Below are positions 11,357 through 23,560 of a DNA stretch of 33,943 nucleotides, piece after piece. Source of the DNA: Octopus bimaculoides (taxonomy: Eukaryota); assembly GCF_001194135.2 (NCBI RefSeq), contig NC_068993.1, positions 11,936,617 to 11,970,559 of the forward strand, written 5' to 3'. The stretch's first letter is position 1. Each line of letters opens with the position of its first letter. Made by a program: the position numbers and the translations under genes. A model generated the notes under the pieces. It saw nothing but the letters and a program-made list of their open reading frames with translations. It did no database searches and was not told the origin of the DNA.

Positions 11357-12179
11357 GTGTACTAGTTTGTTCGCTCCTTCTACGTTGTCTGTACAAACAT
11401 GAAGAGCATTACTTCACATATCCAAATAAATTTCATAGCTGTTGTACCTGGTGCAATGCATATCGATATTCTTATTCTTTTTGATATTTATTCGTTTACG
11501 ACAATGTAATAAATTATGTTAACTTTTCAATAACAATTATCTACGTCACTAAATATCGGGCACATTAGGATAGCTCCCAATGAATAGAAACTTGAAACCG
11601 GTTTCGATTCAGACGTGTCTTTAGTAATGTTTGAAAAATGCACGAACGTCATGCAATCCTATTCATGTCCTCTCATAAATGTACGTGGCTTTCTGACCCT
11701 ACCTGATCGCATCATGACGTCGATTTCATACTAGCATAGAACCATTTCACTATAAACACAGAGTTATCGATCATTAGAAGGCGCGATAACGTCTTAATGC
11801 GTCTCATCAAAACATTACTAGTTTCATTTCTATTTAAGAAGCAATTAATCTATATAGTATTATAATCATTATGATTCAGAATTGTATGAGAATAAGAATC
11901 TACGCTATAGTCTGTGAAGTAAGATCATTTCTTCAATGACAAAAGTTCAATTCTACGTTGAATTTCTGACAATGTTGACCTGAAAATAAAATAAATATTC
12001 AATTATCGACATACTTTCTCTCTTATTACCAAGATTTTGTGACTCAGAAATGTATCATTTTCAGTAGTATTTTATTTTAACATTTTGTTGTTCGAAATTA
12101 ATATTATACTACATTATCAATTACTGGCATTCAGTATAATATATCGATATTCTTACACTAAGAAATTAATAATTACATC

Positions 12180-12221
12180 TCTCTCATTCTTTCTCTCTCT
12201 CTCTCTTTCTTGCTTTCTCTT

Positions 12222-12278
<57 letters not shown>

Positions 12279-12295
12279 ATCTATCTATCTATCTG

Positions 12296-12328
<33 letters not shown>

Positions 12329-12335
12329 ATATATC
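12180..12335. repeat. Compound (CT)n/(CTAT)n microsatellite
   Basis: Visible CT then CTAT runs. Confidence 0.95.
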
Positions 12336-12479
12336 ACTCTCTGTCTAAGCATGTATATGCACTTATTTCCTAGGGATCTTCTTTGAAACATTCTAAGCGA
12401 AAATTGGATGGCACCAGAGGACATTACGATTCCTGTATTTGTTGTTCGTCTTATTTGTTCTGGGATGTTGTACAGGGTG

Positions 12480-12650
12480 TCTTGTAAGGGGACTGAACAC
12501 GAAACGTCGTGTTTTCAAAGCGATGTTCTTAACTATACAGCCATGGCTGCACTTAATCCATCCAAAATACATTGGTTGATTTCAGTCGCTGTGAAGTAGG
12601 ACTGAACCCGAAACAATAAGGTCGCAAACCGAGCTTGTTAACCACACAAC
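12480..12650 (-). mobile_element. Two tandem SINE head fragments
   Basis: ggactgaac(a/c)cgaaac at about 12490 and 12599, each followed by tt(c/g)ttaac(t/c)a(t/c)aca. The reverse complement gives a B-box-like GTTCAGTCC. Confidence 0.6.
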
Positions 12651-14539
12651 TAATTTACTCGAAATGCATTGATCGGCACAGTTCTATTGCACAAGTTATT
12701 TACAGTCTCTTGCATTGGGAATGATCCGAAAAGCAATTGGTTCCAAAGCGAAATTATTAGATATACAGTGAATATAATTTTTTTTTTTATGCTTTTGAGA
12801 GTGACTACCGTAACGTTAACGAACTTACCAAATATTAGAAAGCCTTATGATTTCACAAGTATTTTGAATTTTATATTCTTATTACGAAAATAACTAAAAT
12901 TACCATTCGCTTATTGAAATAGATAATACGAACAGTTCTTTTCTTTTCCATTGCAATGTAAACATAACACTTTAAAATGATCTGTATAACAGAGTAAACA
13001 TTCGGAAATATGTTTACATCATTATTGAAAGTGAGTCAATAACGAATAGCTATATACATACATATTCAAGTATATATGTATGAGTTTGTGCGCGTGTGGA
13101 TAAAAATGTGTGCGTGTACGGGTAGAGTAACGGCGTGAGATATGAGAAGATAATGGAAGTTTATCACAGATTTATGTTCATTGAATATATTTTGAGGAGT
13201 GTTTCCTCTACAGAGAATTTCTAGTGTCACCTGTTTCTGACAACAATCTAGTACAGCAGGCTATTAGGTATTAAACATTTGGAATGCATTCTGTTCAGAG
13301 TATTGAAGTGAAATAACACTGGATGCCTACCCGAACGAATAAATATATATGTGTATATATATGCATGTATGTATGTATGTATGTATGTATGTATATATAT
13401 ATATATANNNNNNNNNNNNNNNNNNNNNNNNNNNNNNNNNNNNNNNNNNNNNNNNNNNNNNNNNNNNNNNNNNNNNNNNNNNNNNNNNNNNNNNNNNNNN
13501 NNNNNNNNNNNNNNNNNNNNNNNNNNNNNNNNNNNNNNNNNNNNNNNNNNNNNNNNNNNNNNNNNNNNNNNNNNNNNNNNNNNNNNNNNNNNNNNNNNNN
13601 NNNNNNNNNNNNNNNNNNNNNNNNNNNNNNNNNNNNNNNNNNNNNNNNNNNNNNNNNNNNNNNNNNNNNNNNNNNNNNNNNNNNNNNNNNNNNNNNNNNN
13701 NNNNNNNNNNNNNNNNNNNNNNNNNNNNNNNNNNNNNNNNNNNNNNNNNNNNNNNNNNNNNNNNNNNNNNNNNNNNNNNNNNNNNNNNNNNNNNNNNNNN
13801 NNNNNNNNNNNNNNNNNNNNNNNNNNNNNNNNNNNNNNNNNNNNNNNNNNNNNNNNNNNNNNNNNNNNNNNNNNNNNNNNNNNNNNNNNNNNNNNNNNNN
13901 NNNNNNNNNNNNNNNNNNNNNNNNNNNNNNNNNNNNNNNNNNNNNNNNNNNNNNNNNNNNNNNNNNNNNNNNNNNNNNNNNNNNNNNNNNNNNNNNNNNN
14001 NNNNNNNNNNNNNNNNNNNNNNNNNNNNNNNNNNNNNNNNNNNNNNNNNNNNNNNNNNNNNNNNNNNNNNNNNNNNNNNNNNATATATATATATATATAT
14101 ATACATTGATATATATACCTACACACGTATACATATATATATATACACATATAAATATATATATATATATATATTCGCCCACCCCATATACATACACATA
14201 TACTTATGAGTACACGCATATACATTTATGTGAGTGTGGGTGTGTGCGTGTGTGGGAGTGTTCCTGTTTGTAGTAATAAGAAACAGAATAACTTACAGGA
14301 ATTGTATGCAAAATACGAGCCGAAAATATTGTGACCCATACAACATTTACTATATATACTGCTCAGAGATACCTTGGGTACACTATATATTGTGAGGACT
14401 GTCAGTTTCAATTGCCAATGGTTTGAACAATTGATAACATGGGTTTATGAAATATAGAGGAATGGATATAAAATCAAGCTTAGCATCAGTGAATTATTTC
14501 TTAAATAATAAATATAAAAAAAGAATATATTTCTGGAAA

Positions 14540-14686
14540 AAGGCGGCGAACTGGCAGAAACGTTAACACACCAGGCGAAATGCTTGTGTTTCGTCTGTCT
14601 TTACGTTCTGAGTTCAAATTTTGCAGAGGTCGACTTTGCCTTTCATCCTTTCAGGGTCGATACATTAAGTATCAGTTGCGTATTCC
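14540..14686 (+). mobile_element. tRNA-derived SINE, the best-preserved copy, 3' truncated
   Basis: A-box-like ggcgaactgg at about 14545 and B-box-like gagttcaaatt at about 14610. Homologous to the copies at 2539, 2716 and 30790. Confidence 0.85.
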
Positions 14687-14689
14687 ATA

Positions 14690-15310
14690 ATCTACGAATT
14701 CCAGCGCTCCTCTTTCACCGCCAAGGTATTCGTGGTCAAAAAACGAAAATTTCATTATTACATCGTCAGAGTCGATGAAAACAGGCGCCTTTAAGATAAT
14801 ATGATGAAGAAGAAAAATTGGCCGAAATCCGAAAAGGAAGCGACATTACGAGACAATCCCAAACTGCATCTTTGCAAGACATCAATCTAGGTTTTTTGAG
14901 ATTGCAAATGGCTAACCCACTACGAAAGGCTTGAAAACAACAACACGCCAAATTCAGTACTTATATTTCGGAAAAGCAGTAAGTCAACAAGACAAGTCAC
15001 ATATTTCAACAAAATGGTACCGAAGAGATCAGCTTGGAGGTCGTGATTAACCCATCACACTTGGTGTAGCGCCTTCAAGTTATTCCCCTTTTCTGTGAAC
15101 ATAAAACGATTTGGGGGTATTTCGCTCCATGACGACGTATAGTTGAAAACATGGCGTTACGTATCCCTCAAGTCAACACCCAATGACTTCTACTGTCAAG
15201 GCATTCGCAGGTTAAAACATTGTTTGGAAGAAGTCGTGAACAATGGAAGGTAAACTATCATTGATCGATTTGTTAAAATTTTTGGATTAAAATGAACGAA
15301 AAAAATAACG
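14690..15310 (+). mobile_element. Mariner (Tc1/mariner) transposase fossil covering the catalytic domain to the C-terminus
   Basis: DENRRL*DNMMKKKNW (from 14774; cf. DEKWVLYDN.KRK.SW), LHLCKTSI*VF*DCKWLTHYERLENNNTPNSVL (cf. LHPKK.ML.VWWD.KG..HYELL...QTINS), VAPSSYSPF (cf. LAPSDYHLF), and LKTWRYVSLKSTPNDFYCQGIRRLKHCLEEVVNNG (cf. FYR.GI..L..RW..V.NN.GEY). Confidence 0.85.
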
Positions 15311-15339
15311 ATATACGTAAATATATATACACAAACAAA

Positions 15340-15386
<47 letters not shown>

Positions 15387-15721
15387 TCTTTTATACTTTT
15401 ATTCTTCGACTTGTTTCAATCAATTGACACTGGCCATGCTCGTTCACTAACATAAATGGTTTTAGTCGAAGAAATCGACCACAGAACTCATTCTTTGTAA
15501 GCCTAGTAATTATGCTATGCGTCTGTTTTGACGAACCGCTAATTTAAGGGGTCATAAACTCACCAACATCGGTTGTCAAGCGATAGCAAGGGGTATAAAC
15601 AAAGCCCCACGCTCATAGACACATACATATACATATATAGATATATACATATAAATATATATGTGTGTGTGTGTGTGATAGAGTGTGTGTGTGTGTGTGA
15701 GTGTGTGCGTGTGTGTGTGTA

Positions 15722-15830
15722 TACGATGGGCTTCTATCAGTTTCCGTCCACGAAATCCACTCTCACACGGCTTTGGTCAGCCCGATGCCATGGTGTCACG
15801 CAGTGGGACTGTACTCGGAACTGTGTGACA
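15722..15830 (-). mobile_element. Second SINE family (tRNA head), decayed
   Basis: cttctatcagtttccgtccacgaaatccactctcacacggctttgg aligns with the 28988 copy; it ends in cacgcagtgggactgtactcggaac. Confidence 0.7.
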
Positions 15831-17281
15831 TGTATATATTTCAGCTTCCTCGTACCAAACCCGGATTCAACTAATTCATATATATCGGATTTAGTGAATT
15901 GATACGAACTAGGTGAACCTTTTACGACTGGTCTCTGAATAAAAGTTTCGGAAATATTATCGTACTCCACATCAGTATAAACTTTCAATCCTAGTTATTA
16001 ATCTACTGGTTTGTACATTATTCCGTACCACTTTTTTTTTCTTTGTAAATTAGAATATCTAATTAAAACAAGACCAACAACTAAAAGAAAATATCATACG
16101 ATAATAATAAAAACATATATTTATTTACGAACAGACATTGTTAGTTGTTTTGCCGGATTAATTTCTATATTTAAAAGCAGCTTCAAGAAGAAAGAGCTCT
16201 TATAGAAAACACTAACTCAAACAAACAAGCAAACCAACACACGCACGTCTGGAAAAGGAAAACAAAGACGGAGAAAATCTACGAAACAATAGTGCAATGA
16301 CAAAATCAAAGAAGGATTCAGTTTAATACATCTAATGGTATAGTGTCAATAGTAATTAATCAGTATGGAAGTCAACACATTTTAGTGTATCTTTCTTAGA
16401 TGGTTTATAGAGATTGTGTTGAACAATACTTTACAGAACTCTTTCAAGCAAAAGGACACACATAAGCACACGTTATATGTATGTATGTATGTATGTATAT
16501 ACATCAATATGTATAATTATATATATATANNNNNNNNNNNNNNNNNNNNNNNNNNNNNNNNNNNNNNNNNNNNNNNNNNNNNNNNNNNNNNNNNNNNNNN
16601 NNNNNNNNNNNNNNNNNNNNNNNNNNNNNNNNNNNNNNNNNNNNNNNNNNNNNNNNNNNNNNNNNNNNNNNNNNNNNNNNNNNNNNNNNNNNNNNNNNNN
16701 NNNNNNNNNNNNNNNNNNNNNNNNNNNNNNNNNNNNNNNNNNNNNNNNNNNNNNNNNNNNNNNNNNNNNNNNNNNNNNNNNNNNNNNNNNNNNNNNNNNN
16801 NNNNNNNNNNNNNNNNNNNNNNNNNNNNNNNNNNNNNNNNNNNNNNNNNNNNNNNNNNNNNNNNNNNNNNNNNNNNNNNNNNNNNNNNNNNNNNNNNNNN
16901 NNNNNNNNNNNNNNNNNNNNNNNNNNNNNNNNNNNNNNNNNNNNNNNNNNNNNNNNNNNNNNNNNNNNNNNNNNNNNNNNNNNNNNNNNNNNNNNNNNNN
17001 NNNNNNNNNNNNNNNNNNNNNNNNNNNNNNNNNNNNNNNNNNNNNNNNNNNNNNNNNNNNNNNNNNNNNNNNNNNNNNNNNNNNNNNNNNNNNNNNNNNN
17101 NNNNNNNNNNNNNNNNNNNNNNNNNNNNNNNNNNNNNNNNNNNNNNNNNNNNNNNNNNNNNNNNNNNNNNNNNNNNNNNNNNNNNNNNNNNNNNNNNNNN
17201 NNNNNNNNNNNNNNNNNNNNNNNNNNNNNNNNNNNNNNNNNNNNNNNNNNNNNNNNNNNNNNNNNNNNNNNNNNNNNNNNN

Positions 17282-17316
<35 letters not shown>

Positions 17317-17999
17317 CAAATACATATATACGTCCGTTTATACATGCGTACCTGTATATATATATATATATATATACCTATTCTAGCATTCAGTCTTTGC
17401 ATCTTATGTGCATTATCTTAATACATTTTGCGGCCAATTTTGTTCGCTGTATATTTTACATCTACCATATTTAATACACCGTTATACATACTTCCCTGAG
17501 TATATATATATATATATATATGCGCGTGTGTGTGTATGAATGTATGTAATGTTTGCAGTAATCCAATTATTATTATTTTTTTTACCTTGTGGAATGTCCT
17601 TTAAGATTTTTGTGTCTCTGTTTTGGACATTATTCCTACCTGTAATTTGATTACATTGTTTACAACACCTAATCACTAATCATTTCTATCTTGGTATATC
17701 CAATTCAATCACTGTTTTCCGACTTGATATTTTACTTACACAGAGTGCTAGCGCTACGGTTTGCTGATTCGAAAGAGTATTAGAAAAAGAAATCTCGGAG
17801 CCGCTGGTGTGTGTCATGTTTGTACCACTGCGATGCTTATATAACAAGACCAAGTTTCTCAATCTCACACTAAAAGGTTTCTGTGACTACTTGGACTTGT
17901 CGGACAGCCATATTACATTAAAGAACGCTTCTATGAATTCTCCATGAAAATATTTCAGGATAGAAACATTTCGAAGAACAAAAATCTGATATGCACAAC

Positions 18000-18240
18000 T
18001 TGTCCACTACTAGGGGTCGATTCATTCGACTAACAAGGCGTTTTCCCAGCACTGCTGCAATCCAGTAAACATTTTTCTATTTTCTCTCCCTGTTTATTTC
18101 TGTGTTCCTTTCTGTCGAAGAGCAAATGCTCGAAACGTAAAAGACCTTCTCACTTCCCGAGCGTTAAACTAATGCATCTGTTTGTTGTTTACATACCCGT
18201 CTTCGTCTTTTGTTTTTATTTTAAATTCTCACTATATACA
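18000..18240 (+). mobile_element. SINE 3' fragment (about 18000-18065) followed by a Penelope-type repeat tail ending in (TA)/(CA)n
   Basis: ggggtcgattcattcgact resembles the SINE body (cf. agggtcgatacatt at about 14653). It is followed by ctgtcgaagagcaaatgctcgaaacgtaaaagac...aaattctcactatata. Confidence 0.55.
18108..18143 (+). ncRNA. Minimal hammerhead-like motif with a non-canonical core (CUGUCGA)
   Basis: CUUU-CUGUCGA-A-GAGC(AAAU)GCUC-GAA-ACGU-A-AAAG: helix I 4 bp, helix II 4 bp with a tetraloop, palindromic ACGU helix III and a GUA triplet. A6 is replaced by U. Confidence 0.5.
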
Positions 18241-18647
18241 CACACACACACACACACACANNNNNNNNNNNNNNNNNNNNNNNNNNNNNNNNNNNNNNNN
18301 NNNNNNNNNNNNNNNNNNNNNNNNNNNNNNNNNNNNNNNNNNNNNNNNNNNNNNNNNNNNNNNNNNNNNNNNNNNNNNNNNNNNNNNNNNNNNNNNNNNN
18401 NNNNNNNNNNNNNNNNNNNNNNNNNNNNNNNNNNNNNNNNNNNNNNNNNNNNNNNNNNNNNNNNNNNNNNNNNNNNNNNNNNNNNNNNNNNNNNNNNNNN
18501 NNNNNNNNNNNNNNNNNNNNNNNNNNNNNNNNNNNNNNNNNNNNNNNNNNNNNNNNNNNNNNNNNNNNNNNNNNNNNNNNNNNNNNNNNNNNNNNNNNNN
18601 NNNNNNNNNNNNNNNNNNNNNNNTATATATATATGTGCGTGCATGTG

Positions 18648-18682
<35 letters not shown>

Positions 18683-18865
18683 CGTGTGTTAGCGTACATA
18701 TACCAATCGCTGGCATGGCTCTGTTTTTGACAAGCACGCTTTGCAAACACGTGGTCGCATTTTCTGATGGTATTGAGTTAACTTTCTTTCGATTTTAACG
18801 GCTTTTTCATATCGGTAGATAAGCCGTTAAATGACTGGACGAATAAGTCGATAAAAGTGGAATTA

Positions 18866-19370
18866 TTGGGTTAACAGATAAAGTCTTTCTTGTTTTTCCA
18901 TTTATTTTAATCCTTATGCTTAACAACACTTTTAACAAATCACTCAACGATATATTCTCCTTCATCGTTCAAGCTTTCTTGCCGACGTTACTCTAACGTG
19001 TCAAAATCCTGTCGGTAGAATTGCGCTTTCTTGACCCGCTCCACCTTTTTCATCTCTGTGTCGTTGTCGAGTGAAACGTGTTGCAAACTGTTGGAAAGAA
19101 ATAAAATGGGCGACAATTTGAAGGAATATTATCAGGAGAATCCGGCGGCTGTAATAGAATTTCTCAACCGAGACTTCGAATGAGATTTTCGTGCAAATTA
19201 TAAGCGTGGTGTCTTGCTGTTGCGTTAAGGAAACAAGGCATTTGTGGGTCAGGTTGTATGATCCTTAACCATCCAGTGAAGGTGAGGCGCAACGTTATCA
19301 TGAAAGTGTCCGGAACATAGGAGAGTCTGTGATATTCTTATGCATACGACGGCCTACACGTGTTTCCGCC
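18866..19370 (-). mobile_element. Mariner transposase fossil, 3' half, with one terminal inverted repeat and a TA target site
   Basis: Minus strand: FLNATARHHAY (cf. LHDNARPH), SLG*EILLQPPDSPDNIPSNC (cf. LGWEVLPHPPYSPDLAPSDY), FYRQDFDTLE*RRQESLNDEGEYIVE*. The terminus ta|ttgggttaacagataaagtc at 18864-18885 resembles mariner TIRs (TA-TTGGGTTG/TTAGGTTG). Confidence 0.88.
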
Positions 19371-19384
19371 TAGATAATATATAC

Positions 19385-19735
<351 letters not shown>

Positions 19736-20299
19736 GCATTAGCATTGATAATGTATGCATAACTCTTCTCTTAAAATGCCTACAAATTTCTCGAACGTGT
19801 TCTGTGTTTGTGAAAAAAAAAAAGAAAACTAGCGGTCTTTGGAAGGATTTATGCTGATTTTTTATAGCAATTCAACCAAAGAAGTAGATTTCTTGTCTGT
19901 AAATCTTGCACTTTTGTTCAAGTTTGAAGGGTGATGTTTACCCCATCGTATTTCTGAATAAGCAGCCCTATGTGAAATGAATATCCTATCTCAATGAGCA
20001 CACATACGTTCCTAAAACACAAATTGTTCCGGTCCCATCATTTTATCCTCTAACTACAGTATATTTAAGTCCTCATTATCAATCGTGTCCTTCTTTAATA
20101 CGATAGAATGTATTTAGGTTATATTACTAGCAACTTCAGCGATTACGTGGACAATATCTCCTTGATTTATGTAGGTGAATGTTGTATGTGTATGTAAGAA
20201 CGTGAACGATTGCTCGATTGTGCGTAACACGTTGATGAAAGAGTCAATACGATATAGGTAGATTTTTAATGCGGTGGGTAATATAGTGTCGACAGGCAT

Positions 20300-21225
20300 T
20301 GAAATACCAAGAAGTAAAAGAAAAAAAAAGTAAGAAAATATAAAAAGAACGATAGATGAAATACTGCAATAAGAATCGATAGACAAAAATAATTGAGAAC
20401 TGTAAGAAAATCAAAAGTTATTGAGACAGGGGTGTATGGGAAGGGTAGAAAAGATGAATGTGGTCTGGTCATGCAAAATTGTGCAGCAATTTAGACTGAA
20501 CAAAAATTTAAAGAAAATACTGGGAGGCAAGGAGAGACAGAGAAAGCGAGAGCGAGTACATGAGTGAAAATGGATGAATGCGAGAAGGAGAAATAGAGAG
20601 AGAGAGTTATGGAGAAAGGTTGAAAGAATTAACGAAATGAAAGGAATGATGTGTGTGAAAATAAATGATATAGTGAGACAGTAAGAACGGAAGCGAAGCG
20701 AGCATGAGAGAAAGTAGAGGCAAAAGTTATTACAAAAAAAAAAAAAAAAAAAACAATGGATGCTATAGAAAAAGAGCGAAGGAACCAGAGGAAGTTAGTG
20801 AATGAGGGAAACGTGGAGTGAGTAAAACAAAAGCAGAGAGAAGACCAAAACAGAAAAGGAAGAGTGAACGATACCAATTGAATATTATTGAAAGAGAGAA
20901 TCAAGAGATGTAAAGTTTTTAAGAAGATGGGAGGGTCTGATTTGAGAAATTGTAGGTAGATCGGAAGATATTAAAACATCGATAGACAAAAATTGTAAAG
21001 CAACGGAGAAAATAAAAGTGGAGAACCGATAATGATTTGGAAATCTCTGTACAGAGAAAGACAGAGTGAAACCGAGAGATATTGAGAGAGTAATAACAGA
21101 GGTAAACGCGCATGAAATAGAAATGGTGAGAGAGAGAGCGAGAGAGAATTGAGATAAGAAAGCGTGAAAACAACAGAGATAGTAGAAAATCGAAATGAAA
21201 GACAAGAAAACGTAGAGATACATTA
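20300..21225. repeat. Degenerate A/G-rich low-complexity tract
   Basis: Strong plus-strand purine skew with interrupted GA repeats. The minus-strand F/S/L-rich ORFs derive from this. Confidence 0.8.
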
Positions 21226-22305
21226 AAATATAAAAATGTGTTGAGTTGAATGAATTCCTTCGAGTAATGAATTTAATAACTCCAGCCTATGAACTATGAG
21301 GAATGTGTCCGGATGGTTTCCGGGAATTATTTAAAATATCGACAACATTGACACTTAATTAAAGCACAAATCCATTGATTCATACTATAGGGTTGCTAAA
21401 ATCGATAAAATCGAATTAAATCGACAGCAGACGGCTAAATTTCTTAATGGACACGAATTTATTTGCATGTATTTTGTCCTTAATTGATTTAAAATAATAT
21501 TATTTTAGTGACTGTTTTTTATCCATTCATTATTGACATTGTTATTATTTTTATTATAATTCTCCTTCTTATTATTAATGCCATTTTGTTATGGTGTTTT
21601 TGTTAGTTTTTCAGCTAAAATGTCTTTCCAAACATTTCACACAGCACACAAAATCTTAAAGCCAAATAGGATAATTTAAGTCATCAAAAAAACCCTAACA
21701 CACATGCATTTAGCTACAGGCACTGACATACGTATACATACACGCACACATACACATATACCCATCTCTCTCTTTCACTCTCTCTCTTTCCCTCTCTCTC
21801 TTTTCCACTCTCTATCAATCTATCTATACATATATATATATATATATANNNNNNNNNNNNNNNNNNNNNNNNNNNNNNNNNNNNNNNNNNNNNNNNNNNN
21901 NNNNNNNNNNNNNNNNNNNNNNNNNNNNNNNNNNNNNNNNNNNNNNNNNNNNNNNNNNNNNNNNNNNNNNNNNNNNNNNNNNNNNNNNNNNNNNNNNNNN
22001 NNNNNNNNNNNNNNNNNNNNNNNNNNNNNNNNNNNNNNNNNNNNNNNNNNNNNNNNNNNNNNNNNNNNNNNNNNNNNNNNNNNNNNNNNNNNNNNNNNNN
22101 NNNNNNNNNNNNNNNNNNNNNNNNNNNATATATATATATATATATATATATAATGCACAAAAACAGAAAGTGAATCAAATACATGCACAAGATATGCACA
22201 TAAATAAATACACACTACACACGTGTTAACGGTTTGGAATATATTTCGAGGACTCACAAGGCACTGAATCAATTTCGAACAAAACCATGCATACGTGCAC
22301 AACTT

Positions 22306-22333
22306 AACCGTTCACATAAACCGTTCACATAAA
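22306..22333. repeat. 13-bp tandem duplication
   Basis: aaccgttcacata twice. Confidence 0.9.
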
Positions 22334-22925
22334 GAACAATGAAGAATAAAATTAAGCAAAAATATAACACAAAATTTTAAATAAACAGATGTATGAAGTA
22401 CCGAAGCAACCGAAATGCATTAAGTACGAAACTTTTACGATATGATGCCGACCAAATAATAGCGAAACACAACACTCACAACTATTTATCCTGAAATGTA
22501 GCATGTGATATATAGCTGCCAACAGATTAAACAACTTGACGTACATTTACAGTGAACCACATATATATATTAGAGCGCCCATAAAGTTACTAAGAGCAGA
22601 TATTTAGGGTGTTTACATCATATATAACATTTTACGGGTCACGGGATTTAAATAAGCCGCTATACTCATCGAGGGTCGGGTTTAAACTCAAAATATACAA
22701 TGATGTGCCGTATAATGTAAAGTAACTTGTAGGACGTTCAAACGGTTCTATTAATGCATTACATTGGTGGATGCATACCTTAAAAAGTGCATTTGGATGT
22801 GTTGTTAAAATGATTGCTTCATCGACAAGTGTCAACATGCTTGATATATATAATTTTGTGATTGAAAACTATATACACGTGCACAGATATTTTTACGTGT
22901 GTGCGACAGCATATATGTATGTATG

Positions 22926-22975
<50 letters not shown>

Positions 22976-23200
22976 CACGTCAAGCAGGAGATGAGAACGA
23001 TGATTTCCATTCGCAAATACTTATCGGACACAGATAGTATGTCGTTAGATAGCTAGAGGAGATGTCTTCCTGGGTATATAAACGGTAGCATCGTCCAATA
23101 TGGATCAGCTACATTTAAGTGGCAAATATACTACACGATATCGTGCTATTACTGTTTAAATCTCGCTCAGAGATTTATTATTGTTATATATATATATGTA

Positions 23201-23560
23201 CTAGCAGAAATACCCGGCGTCACCCGAGTTAAAGATGATAATGCAATTTAAACACGCCATCTAGATTACACACGTCTCAACTCTAGTAGCTGCGATAGTA
23301 ACCCTAACCCTAACCCTAACCCTACCTCGCCCCAAATTTCAAGGTTTGTATTTCTATAAGATTTTTAGCAAGCGGCATAACAATCATGACATTTTCCTCA
23401 GCACAATACAAACAACGTGTTTAAACCGGGAATTGAAATCGCAACGTCGTCTTCAAATCTTTGTTGTCTGCGTTCTCTTTCTTTTAACGTCCTTCAACAC
23501 AATTTCCCTCCCATAAAATTGTTTTATGACATTTTTTTTCTTAAACTAATTCTATACCGA
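23201..23560 (-). mobile_element. Non-autonomous Helitron-like element; 3' end at 23201, right boundary uncertain
   Basis: Minus strand reads CTCGG-gtgacg-CCGGG (GC-rich hairpin), tatttctg, CTAG then T. This is the canonical Helitron subterminal hairpin plus CTRR end. Confidence 0.65.
23299..23322. repeat. Interstitial telomere-type repeat (TAACCC)x4
   Basis: taaccctaaccctaaccctaaccc inside the Helitron-like element. Confidence 0.9.

Noticed and set aside
11690-11725. CRE-like atgacgtc
   Set aside because: An isolated short motif is expected by chance in 34 kb.
14540-14625. tRNA gene
   Set aside because: A-box and B-box-like motifs are present, but no cloverleaf forms and the sequence recurs as diverged interspersed copies, so it is a SINE.
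16130-16250. Strong minus-strand splice acceptor at about 16240 (ctttgttttccttttccag)
   Set aside because: All three downstream frames stop within about 22 codons and nothing else supports an exon.
19106-19183. Short plus-strand ORF MGDNLKEYYQENPAAVIEFLNRDFE
   Set aside because: It is the antisense shadow of the mariner YSPDL region.
23299-23322. True telomere or chromosome-fusion scar
   Set aside because: Only four units, embedded in a Helitron-like element, with no head-to-head inversion.
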